Part shown: one piece after another, positions 19,002-34,194 of the stretch
How positions within the stretch are numbered: the first letter of the stretch is position 1
Layout of the letters: every line of letters begins with the position of its first letter
From: the human T2T-CHM13v2.0 reference genome, Homo sapiens
DNA length: 64,000 nucleotides
Reading direction: 5' to 3' (one strand)
NCBI RefSeq assembly: GCF_009914755.1
Contig: NC_060927.1
Notes under the pieces: model-generated
Told to the model about the DNA's origin: nothing
Databases searched by the model: none
Seen by the model: only the letters and a program-made list of their open reading frames with translations
Position numbers and translations under genes: made by a program

Positions 19002-19351
19002 CAGACTTAAGAAATAAAATGAAAACCAACTACATAGGCTCAATAAGCATAAAAAGTTATGAAATTGCAAACAAAGTTAAAGAATCTACAATCACACCTG
19101 GAAATGTTAACACAGCTCTATCAAAAACAATAGATCGAGCAAATTAAAATATTATAAGAATAAAGAAAAACAAAATTAGCAAGTTGATCTAATCAATATA
19201 AAGAAGGATTTTGAACCCACAAAATAAATAATACATATTTTTTCACAGATTTAAATGCAACATTTCCTTTAAAAATTTTTTTTAACTTGGCATTGACCTT
19301 ATATTAGATAACAAAGGAAGTCTCAAGTAATTTCAAAATCAATGCAATGAA

Positions 19352-19597
19352 TTGATTTAAATAAATGATTATTTATAATTTATATTGTATTTATATATAA
19401 TATATTATATATAATTATATATTATATAATTATATAATATAATATATAATTATATATTATATATTATATAATTATATAATATAATATATAATTATATATT
19501 ATATAATTGTATATTATATAATTTGTATTATAATTTATATTGTATTTATATTATAATTTATTTATATTAAATAAATAAATAATGATTTTAATAAAAT
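19352..19597. repeat. AT-rich low-complexity island between 17-bp direct repeats
   Basis: Almost pure A/T (TATAA/TATAT units), flanked by AAAATCAATGCAATGAA at 19335-19351 and 19598-19614. Confidence 0.9.
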
Positions 19598-19861
19598 AAA
19601 ATCAATGCAATGAAGATAATTTTTGATATAATACAATTAAATCAGAAATGAACAATCAGTTGATAACATTTAAAATATATAATATTAAAATATGTAAAGT
19701 GCGCATATATACAAATGCATCACTAAATTTATTGTTTAAAGAGGAAATTCAAGACGGAAATGAAAAAACTGTTTAGAACTAAACAACAATAAAAGTACTA
19801 CCTGGAAAACTAGTAGGATACAGCTGAATTACTACTGAGAGGTTAATTTAAAACCTTAGAT

Positions 19862-21000
19862 GTATTTTTTTAATTACAGGAAAATTCAAATATACACAAA
19901 AGTAGAGAAGGGAGTCTGATGAGCCTTTATGTACCTATCATCCAGCTTCAACCATTATCAGCATTTGATCATCCTGGAATATTTCGAAGCAAAATATATC
20001 ATACATTTCATCTATAAATACTTTAGTATATATCTCTAAAAGATATGCATCTCTCTTTTTTAACCAAACAGCAATTCTATCATTGCAACTAAAACAACTA
20101 AAAATAATTCCTTTATAATTTTTATACAGTTTGTTTGAATCAGGATTCCAAACAAGCTCTGGTTATTGTATTTGGCTTGTATGTCTTTTACGTATCCTTC
20201 AATCTATAGATTTTACTCCCTTTTGTTTTTGTTTTTTTTCTCCTTGCTAATTATTTGTTGAAAAAGCCTGCTGTTCCTCATGTGGAATTTCCCACGGTCT
20301 GGATTTTACTGGTTCCATCCCCATGGGGTCATTTAACATGTTCCTTGGTTTCCAGTGCTTCCTATACACTGTTATTTAGATGCTGAAATCTGATTCAATA
20401 AAGTTTTAAATTTTTGGCTAGAATATTTCATAGGTGGTAGCGTGTACTTCCCAAGGCATCAAATCAGGAGGCTTTAGCAGACATTAAGGATTATTGCCTA
20501 CCTTCGTATATTCGTTGAGGACTGCAAAGGGATGGCATCCTAAACATACCATTCTTTGTTTATTAACTAAACTTATTCTAAAGAGAGCTTTCCCTCAACT
20601 ACTTAGTTACTCCTAGGAAAAGTTTATCTAGGAAAAACAGGAAAAATACTGACAATTTCCCTTCGTAATGGGTTTCTCAATAATGAGTTAATACCCTAAT
20701 ATCAAAGATTACCAAGAGGGATATTTTTAGTATCATTATGGGCTCATGGATTTTAATATACATGATGTATTTCAATTCTCTGCAGATATTATTCTTTTTG
20801 ATGGTCGTATTGTCCCATTTTTGGGCAGTGAGAATGAACCTCTTTAATTAGGCTTCAGAGTCCTATTGTTATGACCCTGGTAGTCTTTGATGGCTCCTTT
20901 GTTATCTATTGTGACAGATGTTCTGGGCTCATCTTGTATATTTTCTGCCCCCGATCTCGACTAAGCCATTCTTTAAGAAGTCCTAGCTTCTTTCAATGGG
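19862..21000 (-). mobile_element. Old L1M (L1ME/MC-like) 3' region
   Basis: aaaattcaaatatacacaaaagtagaga..catccagcttcaac..gtttgtttgaatcaggat pattern. Confidence 0.6.
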
Positions 21001-24000
21001 AATAATAGAGAGATGTACTTTTTAATTGACAGATTGGAAATAAATTAATTATGTGATCATTTCAAAAAGCTGGAAACAGAAATCTTTAGAAAAGAAATAT
21101 AAGAAAACAGTAAAGGGCAGAAATTAAGAGCTAAAAGATGGTTCCTTGCAAAAACTAATAAAATGAGTTTAACAATAACAAAATAGATAAGCCTTTAACA
21201 AGACTGAGCAAGTGAAAAGGTAGAAATAAGCAATGTTGTTGGGGGGAAGGACAAAGCTACATCTACAGTAGAGATTAAAAATCATAAATTAATATTATAA
21301 ATAAATTTATCCCAATACATTAGTAAATATATATATTAGAAAAGTTCCTAGGAAAAATCTAAAAAAAAAAACAAAACTGAAGAAAAATAGAAGCCTGAAT
21401 AAAACAAAAAACCATGAAAGAAATTAAATTGGAAATCAAAAGACTCTTCCACACTTCCAAAGACCCAGAGCCAGGAGACTCTTTTAAATGTTAATGGGAC
21501 CATTGCCTGTCCATTGTTATATCCCAGTGACTAGAAGAGGGCCTGGCACATAGTCAGCACTCAATAAATGTGCACCAAATAAATGATCTTGATCACACAC
21601 AAACTGCTCCAAAGAATGGGAAAAGATGAAAAGATAAAAATCAACTCATGGAGGGGGTAAGCATACCCTTAGTGGTAAGACATGGAAGGAAAGAAGGGAG
21701 AGAGGAAGGCAGGGAGGGCAGAAATTACATGTCGATCTCATTTATAAAACTGGATGGAAAAATCTTAGGTAAAATATTATCAAACTGAATTCAACAGTTT
21801 ATCATGACAATGTAGGGCATATCCCAGGAATGCAAGGCAAGTAATATAATATACCACAGCACGAGACTGAATAAGGACTATGTGGTCATCTCAATAACTA
21901 CAGAGAAAGATCTGATGAAGGTCAATCTTTTCAGAATTAAAAATAACTTCTAGCAAATTAGAAAGAGAAAATAATTTACTTAACCTGAGACAGGCATTTA
22001 TCAAAACCTAAAGCAAATAATGTACTTAATAATGAAACATTAGAGCTTGTCCCTTTAAAACAAGAACAAGGAAAAAATGCCCACATCATTGCTTCTATTC
22101 ACTGTTTTATTGAATACAAGCAATTCATTTCTAATACACATATAGAAATTGAAAAGAAGAAACAAAATTGTCTTTATTTGCGAATAAGATAATTTAGCAA
22201 GCTCACTAGAAACAAAATTTATATACAAAAATCAACTGAAGTTCTATACAACAGTAATAATCAATTGAAAAAGATAATAGAGAAAAATCCCATTCACAGT
22301 ACAAAAATGTAAAAATCTGTAAGGAGCCTTGTAATAAATAGATGTGCTTTGTGGGAAAATATATTAAATATTATTAAAGTACATGAAAGAAGATCTGAAT
22401 AAATAGAGATACTCCAGATTCACAGACAGAATGACTTAATCTCATAAAGATGTCAAGTCTTGCCCAAAGTAACCTATAAGTTTAATGTTTTTCCAATCAA
22501 TATTCAATCATTACCCCAACAGGGGTCTTATTTATGGATTGTGACAAGCTCATCCTTAAATTCACAGAGAAGAGTAAAAAAAAAAAAAAACAAGAAAATG
22601 GAGAACTGATGTGAAGAAAAGGAACACATGCATGGGTGGGGAAAGAAAGAACCACAGGGCGGGACTGGGGAGGGAGGTCCTTGTCCTACCATGTATCCAG
22701 TTTTCTACGAAGTCATTATCATTAAGGTAGAGTGGTATTGATGCTAAGACAGACAAGGAAATCCAGCTCTGCCACATCTTAGGTATGTAAGCAGGGACAA
22801 AATTCTTAGCCTCTCTGAACAACTTCTCTAATCCCATCTGAAAACTTAGCTTGTAAAACATCTACATTGTAGGTCTGTTATACAAACTATAAAATAACTG
22901 ATATAAACTGGTCAGTTCAGTAGGAAATAGTAGAGATATTTTTTAAAGGCAGATATACATCTGAAAATCAAAAGTAGTGATTAAGCTATAACAAGCTTTC
23001 TCAAAAATATTAACAGGGATAAATGCACTTCCAAATATTTCAGCTTCTCCCAGTCATCAGGGACTTATTTGCTCTGCTGCCAGCCCTGCATGGCCTATAT
23101 ATTAAGGAAAAAACTCAGAGTCTCTTGACCCAGCTCCCAGCTTGCTGCTAGGTGTTGACTACCATTCTTGTTTCTCATGCTGGTCTGCTTCAAGTACAAT
23201 TCCTCACTCTCCTCTGAATCCAGAGGTTCTCATAGGTTTCTTTGTCCTGAGCACTCCCTACCTACCCAAACACATAGAATTCAGTAGAAACCTGGGTCCT
23301 TTCCCCTGACCCTGGCTACAATTCACACAAGAAGGATAACACACAGCTCATCTGTCCTGTGGCTATGGGCCAATCAGATGCTCAAGGGATCTAACTTTAA
23401 TAAGAAATATAATAGTAGAAGGTATTACATGAAATCTTCAACACTGGTCATAGGTAATTTGATTTGATTTGATTTTTTGCTTAGGTTTATTTCCCAAATT
23501 TTCTATTCTTCTACAGTTAACATATTGTATAAGCATAAAAGTTAAAGGTACTTTGGAGAAATAAACAGTAACAGGGGACATATTTTATTTACTTTTTAAA
23601 AAAGGAAAAATATATTGCCATAGTACATCTCTTCCTTGCAAGGAGGGGCCGTAAGTTTTGTCTGAGTTACTTGGACAGGGTCTGGTCCATAGTACAGACT
23701 CAAGATTTCATTACTGCCATCGCCTTCCATTTCCTTAGACAGAATTTTCCTTCCTTGTGCTATAATTGGGTCAGAGAAACCAGGACTTCATTACTAAGGA
23801 ACAAGAATTATAAACTATTTCTTTTTAATTGTGCGATTCTAAAGCTCATTACATTGCCACATGCATTCCTTCAACAGCACAGAACAACACTGACATCATT
23901 AACTGAGAATAACCAGTTAAAATAAGAGTCCGAAGTTGGCCAGTATCAGGATAACAACTAACACCTTCCACTGCTTCTCTGAACCCAAGAATCGCTTTCA

Positions 24001-24539
24001 CAACCCTGGTGCTCACTAAAGTTGGTGAGCAGAGCTCCATAAAATAGTCCTGATTGGAACCTCTAGACCCTAAAAATTCCCAGCTCTTTTCTCCACCACC
24101 ACACACACAATTGTCATGTCTCCATGAGGGTCATAGTCCCAAGAATCTGCTCTGATTATGGGTGGCAGCGAGATAAAATAAGCCATGGTTTATGCATCAT
24201 TCCTAACAATTCCTTTCTCTACTCCTCAAGAAAGAACATTGAAGACACATAAGACAGATTTACAAGGAAAACCCTGAAACTGCTCTAGTTTTTAAACAAA
24301 TCAAATTGCTCGAAATGTCACACTTTCCTTACAGTAACTCATTACTGTAACAAGACCACAGCTGAGGTTGCTGCTCTAAATATTGGGCCTCAGGCAGCAG
24401 CTTTTCTAGTAACACTACCTTACGATGACAAGGACACCTTTCTCTTCTCAGTAGTCACAAATTTCTCGGGCCTCCCCAAGAAGAGCTTGGAACTGTCTCT
24501 CTCCTCCGCACCCATGGTGGTGGTGATGGTGGTGATCAC

Positions 24540-25050
24540 TTCCAGCAGGCACTGCAAATTTTATTGCTTGTTAACTTTCATCACAATGTCTAAATTTAAT
24601 ATAACGAATTCCAAAGGCTGGAAATCAAAATCCTATCTGGATTGAGTTTAGGGTTTCCTGGCAAGAGGCAACAGGAATCTTTTAGTTCAGTGGCACTTTT
24701 AAAAAGAAGTTTAATTGAAGTCTGAAATGTTGCATAAATGGAAGATATAAGTTTTAATTGAAAAATAATTATAACCACTTAATCATTTTTAAATGAGGGC
24801 TGTAATTGCAGTCAGCACACAATAGCCACATACAGACACTGAGATTTCCGCAATAAAGCAGGGATGGTACAGCTTGATTTGCTAATAGCACTTCCACTTC
24901 TCCTCCCTTTTGTCTCAAAGATTAATTCAGGCAAGGGCTATTAGTGCTGTTAATTGGTTCTGCAATTTAGACCTTGCGCCTGTGAATGAATGACTGATGC
25001 AGTCGCTCAGCCAATAAATGGGAGCACTTCGTCAATGCTCCCCATTGTCC
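24540..25050. promoter_or_regulatory. Candidate conserved non-coding developmental enhancer
   Basis: No recognisable repeat. TAATTG at 24712, 24755, 24803, 24951; SOX-type CACAAT/CATTGT at 24582, 24818, 25043; CAATAAA at 24851 and 25012. Conservation itself cannot be seen here. Confidence 0.5.
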
Positions 25051-26051
25051 AGCAGGGCATCATCCCGGCCTCTCAGGCTTCCTCCCACCAGTCCTTGGGG
25101 ACAAAAGGCCCAGCGTCTCTTCTAGGTCACAGCTTCAGCAGGACCCACGATAGGTGAAGATGCCTTTGAAATGAGGTTGACTTATTGAATCTAATGGATA
25201 TTCAACTAGCGCTCATCCCTTCTTACCAGAAGGAAGATTTTTTTGAACCCTCCTCTCACTGTTACAAGGCTGTGAAGGAATAGGAGGCCCAGTTGTTTTG
25301 AAACTTGGCAAAAGGAAGCACCAACTGTAACATTAGCTTGAAGATAAATATACCCCAGAGCTCAGGGAGAAAACCTTCTTTAATTGCTGCAGTGCCTTCT
25401 TGGCATGGGCACTGCACCCCAGGGAGGCCTTGGAGAGTTATCAGACCCAATGGGGGACCATACCGATTGTGCCTCCCCCTGAGGACTTTCAAGATAATTG
25501 CATGCTGACACACCACCAAAGAGGCATCCTGATTGAAGACTCACACTCACCAGCGGTCATTTGCAAAGCCACATTGGATTTCACTATTCAAAAAAATTTC
25601 CATTGCTCCAAGAGAGAGCACTTCCTCTACAATAGCAGGCCCCTCACTCTCTGCCACAGATATTCAGATCAATGCTTTTCAGAATTAAGATATTTAGAAT
25701 CAGTGGCCTACTTGCCATTTTAGGTCCCTGGAGAAGCCTCGGGCCAGGAATTGTGAAAGATGAGGGTATGGAAGGCCCCAAACAAAAGCATTGTGAAGGG
25801 ATTGAAAAAGACCTCTGTGACCCACTTGACAATGAACGTGGACATCCCCTGAATTCTGTGCAGACTGTGTACTGGGGCTACATATTCATGCCTCTGCCCA
25901 GGCAGCAGCCATGTTCAGTTTGGATCCCATTCACAGAGTGATTCTTCTCTCTAAAATAAGAGTTTAAAATCTCTTCTTTTCATGCAAGAAAAACTGCACC
26001 ATACAGAAAGAAGACCCAGTGTTCAGATGACAGCAAGAAGGAAAGCCACAG

Positions 26052-26526
26052 TGATGCAGGGCAGACAAGCTCCCAAATCGGGGCTTATTCCAGGAGGGTT
26101 CTTGGCTTTGCCCAAGAAAGAATTCAAGGGTGAGCCAGTGGTATCAGACAGCAACTTTTATTGAAGCAGCAGTGTAAGCAGCAGCAGAGGTACTCCTCAT
26201 TGTGGAGCAGGGCTACCCTGCAGGCAGTGTGCCCAGAGTAGCAAACAGCTCAAAGGCAGTTCTGCGGTCATATTTACATCCACCTTTAATTTCATGCAAA
26301 TTACGGGGCAGATATGCAGACATTTCTAAGCAAAGGGTGGTAACTTCTGGGTTGTCACATCATTGCCAGGGAAAGAGGCAGTAACTTCTGGGTGTTGCCA
26401 TGGCAATGGTAAACTGACATGCCACACTGGTAGGCGTGTCTTATGGAAAGCTGTTTCTACCCTATCCCTGTTTTAGCTAGTCCTCAATTTGGCCCAGCAT
26501 CCGAGTCCTGCCTCCTACCTGCCTCA
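26052..26526 (-). mobile_element. ERV1 MER4-group solo LTR (MER66-like)
   Basis: TGA...TCA termini; 4-bp TSD ACAG at 26048-26051 and 26527-26530; gggttcttggctttgcccaagaaagaattcaaggg signature. Confidence 0.85.
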
Positions 26527-28926
26527 ACAGCACCAAGAAGCAGTTTCTATAGTAACAAGTTACCAAGTACTAATCTCCAACTACAAACTCAGATGTTTAA
26601 GAAAATAACTCTTCATTTAATAACTGAGGATTATTTTTACCTTAAGCCCTTTTCACTCAATGACAGAAACTGGGCCTTCTGCTCATGTTTTTCTGAAGGT
26701 TGAATCCAAGCTCAGGAGCTTATATGGTACTAAGACATCAAGGATGAATCATCTGTGGAGAATTTAAAAGCAGTGATTAAATTCACTCAAAGTTAGTCTG
26801 CTTTTCAAGATCATTTTGCAGCATTTCTATATACTGCCAATGATAAATACTCCTCTCCAAAATATCTTTTGTTGGTTTAATGTCTAAACAATTGCTGTGG
26901 TAAGTTTCAAATTAGTACATTGCTACTATTCCCCTTTTAATAAATATTTTCTACATAGAAGTTAATTCAGAAAGTTCCCTGCTGTCCAGTTGGTCCCAAC
27001 ACACTGGGTCTTAGCTACACACATTTGTTTCAAGAACAAGTTCCTAAGGGTTGAGAATAATTCATGTTTGCTTCAGGCACAGTTTACTATCTCCAGCTCC
27101 TGTGGTACTACATATTTCTGCATTTAATCAAAAGATTTGAAATAAGCAATGATAGCATGGTTACTGTAAAGACAAAGAACATGTGTTACTTCAATTCTGT
27201 CATTCTATGAGACAGCCTGGAGTTTTTCTTCTGTTTAAATTGTAAAAGAGTGCAGACTGCAGTGTAATTTTTCCTTTAAAAAATCCTAGTGTATGTACAA
27301 AGCATTAGTTCATTACTTTTCTCCTTTCTCTATGGTAATATTTTTATTTTTTATTTACAGGCATGATTGTATAGAGAAGTTTAATAAAAGAAAATTTTAA
27401 CTGTATTTCTTTTTTGGCCATTATTATGATTTGCTTCATTTTATGATTATTACTGAAGATAATGTGGTCGTATAGAGAGAGGAAATATTAACAATCCTGT
27501 TAAATTGTCAAATATACCCAGGTACACCACAGTTAGATGGGACATGTTGAGGTGTGGCTGTTTTTTGGTTACTCCGACTTAAAGGACCTTTGCCATCTAA
27601 GAATGATTGGGAAAGATATTGGGCCTACTTGGAGTGTAATCATCCACAAGCAAGGAAAAAAATACCCCAAGGCTGGGCGAGGGTGGACCCTGGGCAAGGA
27701 GAGCTGCCTTGGGCTTGCACCTTATGGATTCAGTTCCTTCACTGCATTTTGCAAAACATACCAGAAGGAAGGAAAAAACCTGAACTTTATTCTGATTATG
27801 CTGAACTGAAACATGAGGAAAAATGCAGAAAATGGGTGTCAATGGCAAATGGTGGGCTTAGTGTAAGGACATGCTGCTGAGACACACAGAGAAGGTCCCC
27901 AGAAACCTGGCCACTGCAAACAGACCAGGAATCGGCATTCCAGACATCACTTCAGGTGAAGATTTTCAGAAGCTCCTCAGTGAGAAGAATTAAAATTGAT
28001 CAGATGTATATGTTTATTGTTAATTGTATGGTAAAACAGTAAGTTGTCTCACTAACAAACTTCTTTGTAGTTTTTATAAACATCCCCCAAAATTATATCA
28101 GATAAGACTTGGACTGCCTGACTTTGAGAGTCAATGAGTGGGTACCCACAGAGTGCCCAACTAGGTTAGCAGCACCACCTTCCACCCCCCACCAAAGTCC
28201 ACGTTAACAAGCTTATTTCTCTCTGAGTGAGCTTCATGCTACACTCACACTCTTAAAAAAATGAAAACACTATAAAACCTGGAGTTATACAGAAGATAAG
28301 AATCAGAAAAGTACTCTAATCTAAAACAGTAATTGGAAGCATTAATTTTATATATAATTGGGGGGTAGAGACCTCTGCCCACCAATTTGACATTAATTTC
28401 ACCAAAAGAAGATATTAAAACATAACCTTGTAATGGAATTATTAATCTGATTAAAACTTTCTTCACCAACATGAACAATAAAATGAAAAGAGAAGAAATT
28501 TAAACTGCCCACAAATGCAGAAAAAGGTGCTTATCATCAGACAATAATCCAAGAACTTATAGTTTAAACTAAGACATTACTTCCACCCATTCTCTCTTGA
28601 AAATAATAAAAATATTGATGATCTTCAGTTTTCAAGGATATGGAAATTTGTCATTAAGCATAGTTTGTTAGCAAGAGTGTTAGCTGATCTAACTTTTTGA
28701 AAGACTAATATATAAAAATTTTTAACATTCTTTTTTAAATGTTCATACAAAATATTTCACTTTGAGGAATATATCCTAAGAAAATAATGAAAGAAGTGGG
28801 GAAATATTAAGGGTTTAAGATATCAATATCATTATTCTTTATAAGAAAAAAACATTGGAAATGACTAAACATACATTAATACGGAATTAACTGAATAAAG
28901 AAGAATAGAGTTACATGATGGAAAAT

Positions 28927-29507
28927 CTTTTTTTTTTAATTTTTTTTATTTCAATAGGTTGTTGGGAAACAAGTGGTGTTTGGTTACATGAATAAGTTCT
29001 TTAGTGGTGATTTCTGAGATTTTGGTGCATCCAACACCTGAGCAGTGCACACTGTACCCAATGTGTAGTCTTTTATCCTTTGCCACCCCTCACCCTTTCC
29101 CCCATGTCCCCAAAGTCCAAAGTATCATTCTTATGCCTTTGCATCCTCATAGCTTAGCTCCCACATATGCGTGAGAACATACAGTGTTTGGTTTTCCATT
29201 CCTGAGTTACTTCACCTAGAATAACAGTCTCTAATTTCATCCAGGTTTCTGCAAATGTCATTATTTCGTTCCTTTTTGTGGCTGAGTAGTATTCCATGGT
29301 ATATATATATACCATATTTTCCTTATCCATTCGTTGAATCATGGGCATTTGGGCTGGTTCCATATTTTTGCAATTGCAAATTGTGCTGCTGTAAACATGT
29401 GTGTGCAAGTATCTTTTTCATATAATGACTTCTTTTCCTCTGGGTAGATACCCAGTAGTGGGATTGCTAGATAAAACAGTAGATCTACTTTAAGTTATTT
29501 AAGGAAT
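28927..29507 (-). mobile_element. L1PB-like 3' fragment inside an older L1M remnant
   Basis: Poly-T plus 3' UTR; ORF 29154-29408 contains the ORF2 C-terminal tract TMEYYSATKRNEIM. Confidence 0.85.
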
Positions 29508-29860
29508 CAAAAGTTTGAGGTAAATCTTGATGTAGTTGAATTTTAAAAATTCTGTGGTATATTAAGTAAAAGATAAAAAGTTTACAGAATACTGGGTGTG
29601 ACCAATACCTTGAATAGACACTACTGTTGACATAATAAAAATACAGTTTTATTTTGGGTCTTTTATTGTCATTTTAAAATTTGTTCAGTGGGTGTACATT
29701 TCTTCTGCAACTAGATGAAAACTCCAGCAGGTCCATGATTTTTCTGCTCACTCTTAGTTAGTAGACAATCCTATGGTCATTTTAAGTTACGATTACTGTC
29801 TCAATGCAAAAATCAGAATGGTTGTCCATGATATTAATAAAAACTCCAAACCCAATTTAA

Positions 29861-30255
<395 letters not shown>

Positions 30256-30273
30256 AGTGGAGATTTTTTCTTT

Positions 30274-32664
<2,391 letters not shown>

Positions 32665-33284
32665 GAGATTTTTTCTTTATTTTTCTCCACATAGAACTTG
32701 GAGTTATCCCCTTCCCTAAGCAACCCATCCCTTCCCACAAAACCCTGCAGGACTTTCACTAGTGAGGGGGCAGGAAAGGCATTATATGAACTGGTCCAAT
32801 GGGAAACTCCTTGGGGATCAAAGAACTTAAATCAGAAACCAGGAGTGAAACAATAGGACACCAAAGACAAAATCTAACCTGAAGTCAGAGGGAAGCCAGT
32901 GAGGCTGTTGGTTTAGCAGCCTAGCTCTGATAAATCAGGGAGAGAAGAAGGGAGAACACGTCAAGTGGAGGACAGTGATGAACAGTTGTGGGTAGGTGAG
33001 AAAGAATGACCTGTGCAAGAAACAATCAGCAACACAGGGAATTAGGAAAGAGGGAGAAGATAGGGAAAGGGAAGACCAGGGCTACCCAGCCCTTCCTCTG
33101 CCAGGTGCCTTGTATATATTACCACTTCCTGAGCAGAGGGTCTTATTAGTCTCCTTTAATAAATATCGTAACTGAGGCTCAGAGAAACTGAGTGAACAAC
33201 AAAACAAGAAGTTAAACCCAGGACCCTGAATTCCAAATCCCCTGTTCCTTCCACTTTCAATGGTTTCCAAACAATACCCTACAA

Positions 33285-33462
33285 AAGCAGTATCAGGCTG
33301 GCTGCTCAGAATCACCTGGAGAACTTCTTTAAAATTCATGGTTCATAATCCTGGCCTCATCCTAGTCCTACTGGATCAGAATCTGTGGGAGAGAGGATCA
33401 GGAAACAGGATTTATTCATAAGCTCCTTAGGGGGTCCTGTGTTGCAGCCAGGTTTGGGACTA
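33285..33462. mobile_element. MER5-like hAT-Charlie MITE
   Basis: cagaatcacctggag..ctactggatcagaatctgtggg..gcagccaggtttggga. Confidence 0.65.
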
Positions 33463-34033
33463 ATATTTTAGGGGTATCACATCACCTTCAACGTATTTGT
33501 AGGAGAGGGGGAAAATGAACTGTTATTTTCCGAGCACCTACTTTGCTTTACTTTATTACAAACACCTCCTGGGCATGGTTCTAAGCATATTATCACACAT
33601 TGCACTTCCTCAACATGGTTGTGAGATTGGCATCATCTTCACGCTAGTGAGGAAGCTGAGGACAGTTGTGTGACGCCCTGAAAGACTTTAGCTAGTAAGG
33701 ATCAGAGCTGGAATCCAGGCCTCAACCTGTTGGACTCCCGGTTCCTAGTCTTTGTACCTTCCCACACTAGTAAAGGGGGAAGACCTTATGATAGTGGGAG
33801 GAGGAGGAAGGGATCAAGATACTGCAGGTAATAGGGATAATTGTGGAACAGTGTAACAGAAAGATCCACAGGAGTGGCCCAGACTGTGGAAAATGTTGGC
33901 TGGGAAAGCGAGTGTGAGGGAAGCTGAGGAATGGGTCCAGGCGCGGGGCATGTAAACTCGCCTAGTATTTCCTGATCCCTGTCTAGTGAGACTTTAGGCG
34001 ACGTCGAGAAGGCGCTTGTATTCCAAGGGGCTG

Positions 34034-34047
34034 GCTCCCTCTTGTGG
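34034..34047 (-). promoter_or_regulatory. CTCF motif (reverse orientation) in a small CpG-retaining patch
   Basis: Minus strand CCACAAGAGGGAGC; several CpGs retained at 33940-34100 (gcgcgg, ggcgacgtcgag, ggcgc). Confidence 0.6.
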
Positions 34048-34194
34048 CGGCTGCCGCTCATCACCAAATGCTGTGACCAGGTAGCCCTGCCAAGCGGTGG
34101 TGGCAATCTGGCTGCACATTGGAATCGCCTAGGAGCTTTTAAAACGTTCGCATTGCCCAGGCCCATGAAAGCCAAATACCTGGGATGATCTAGA

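Noticed and set aside
24514-24538. (GGT/GAT)n tract reading as poly-His on the minus strand
   Set aside because: Very short, with no supporting ORF or splice sites.
27537-27880. Overlapping 90-108 aa ORFs in unique sequence
   Set aside because: No recognisable domain, and the lengths are within chance expectation; cannot be supported without expression or conservation data.
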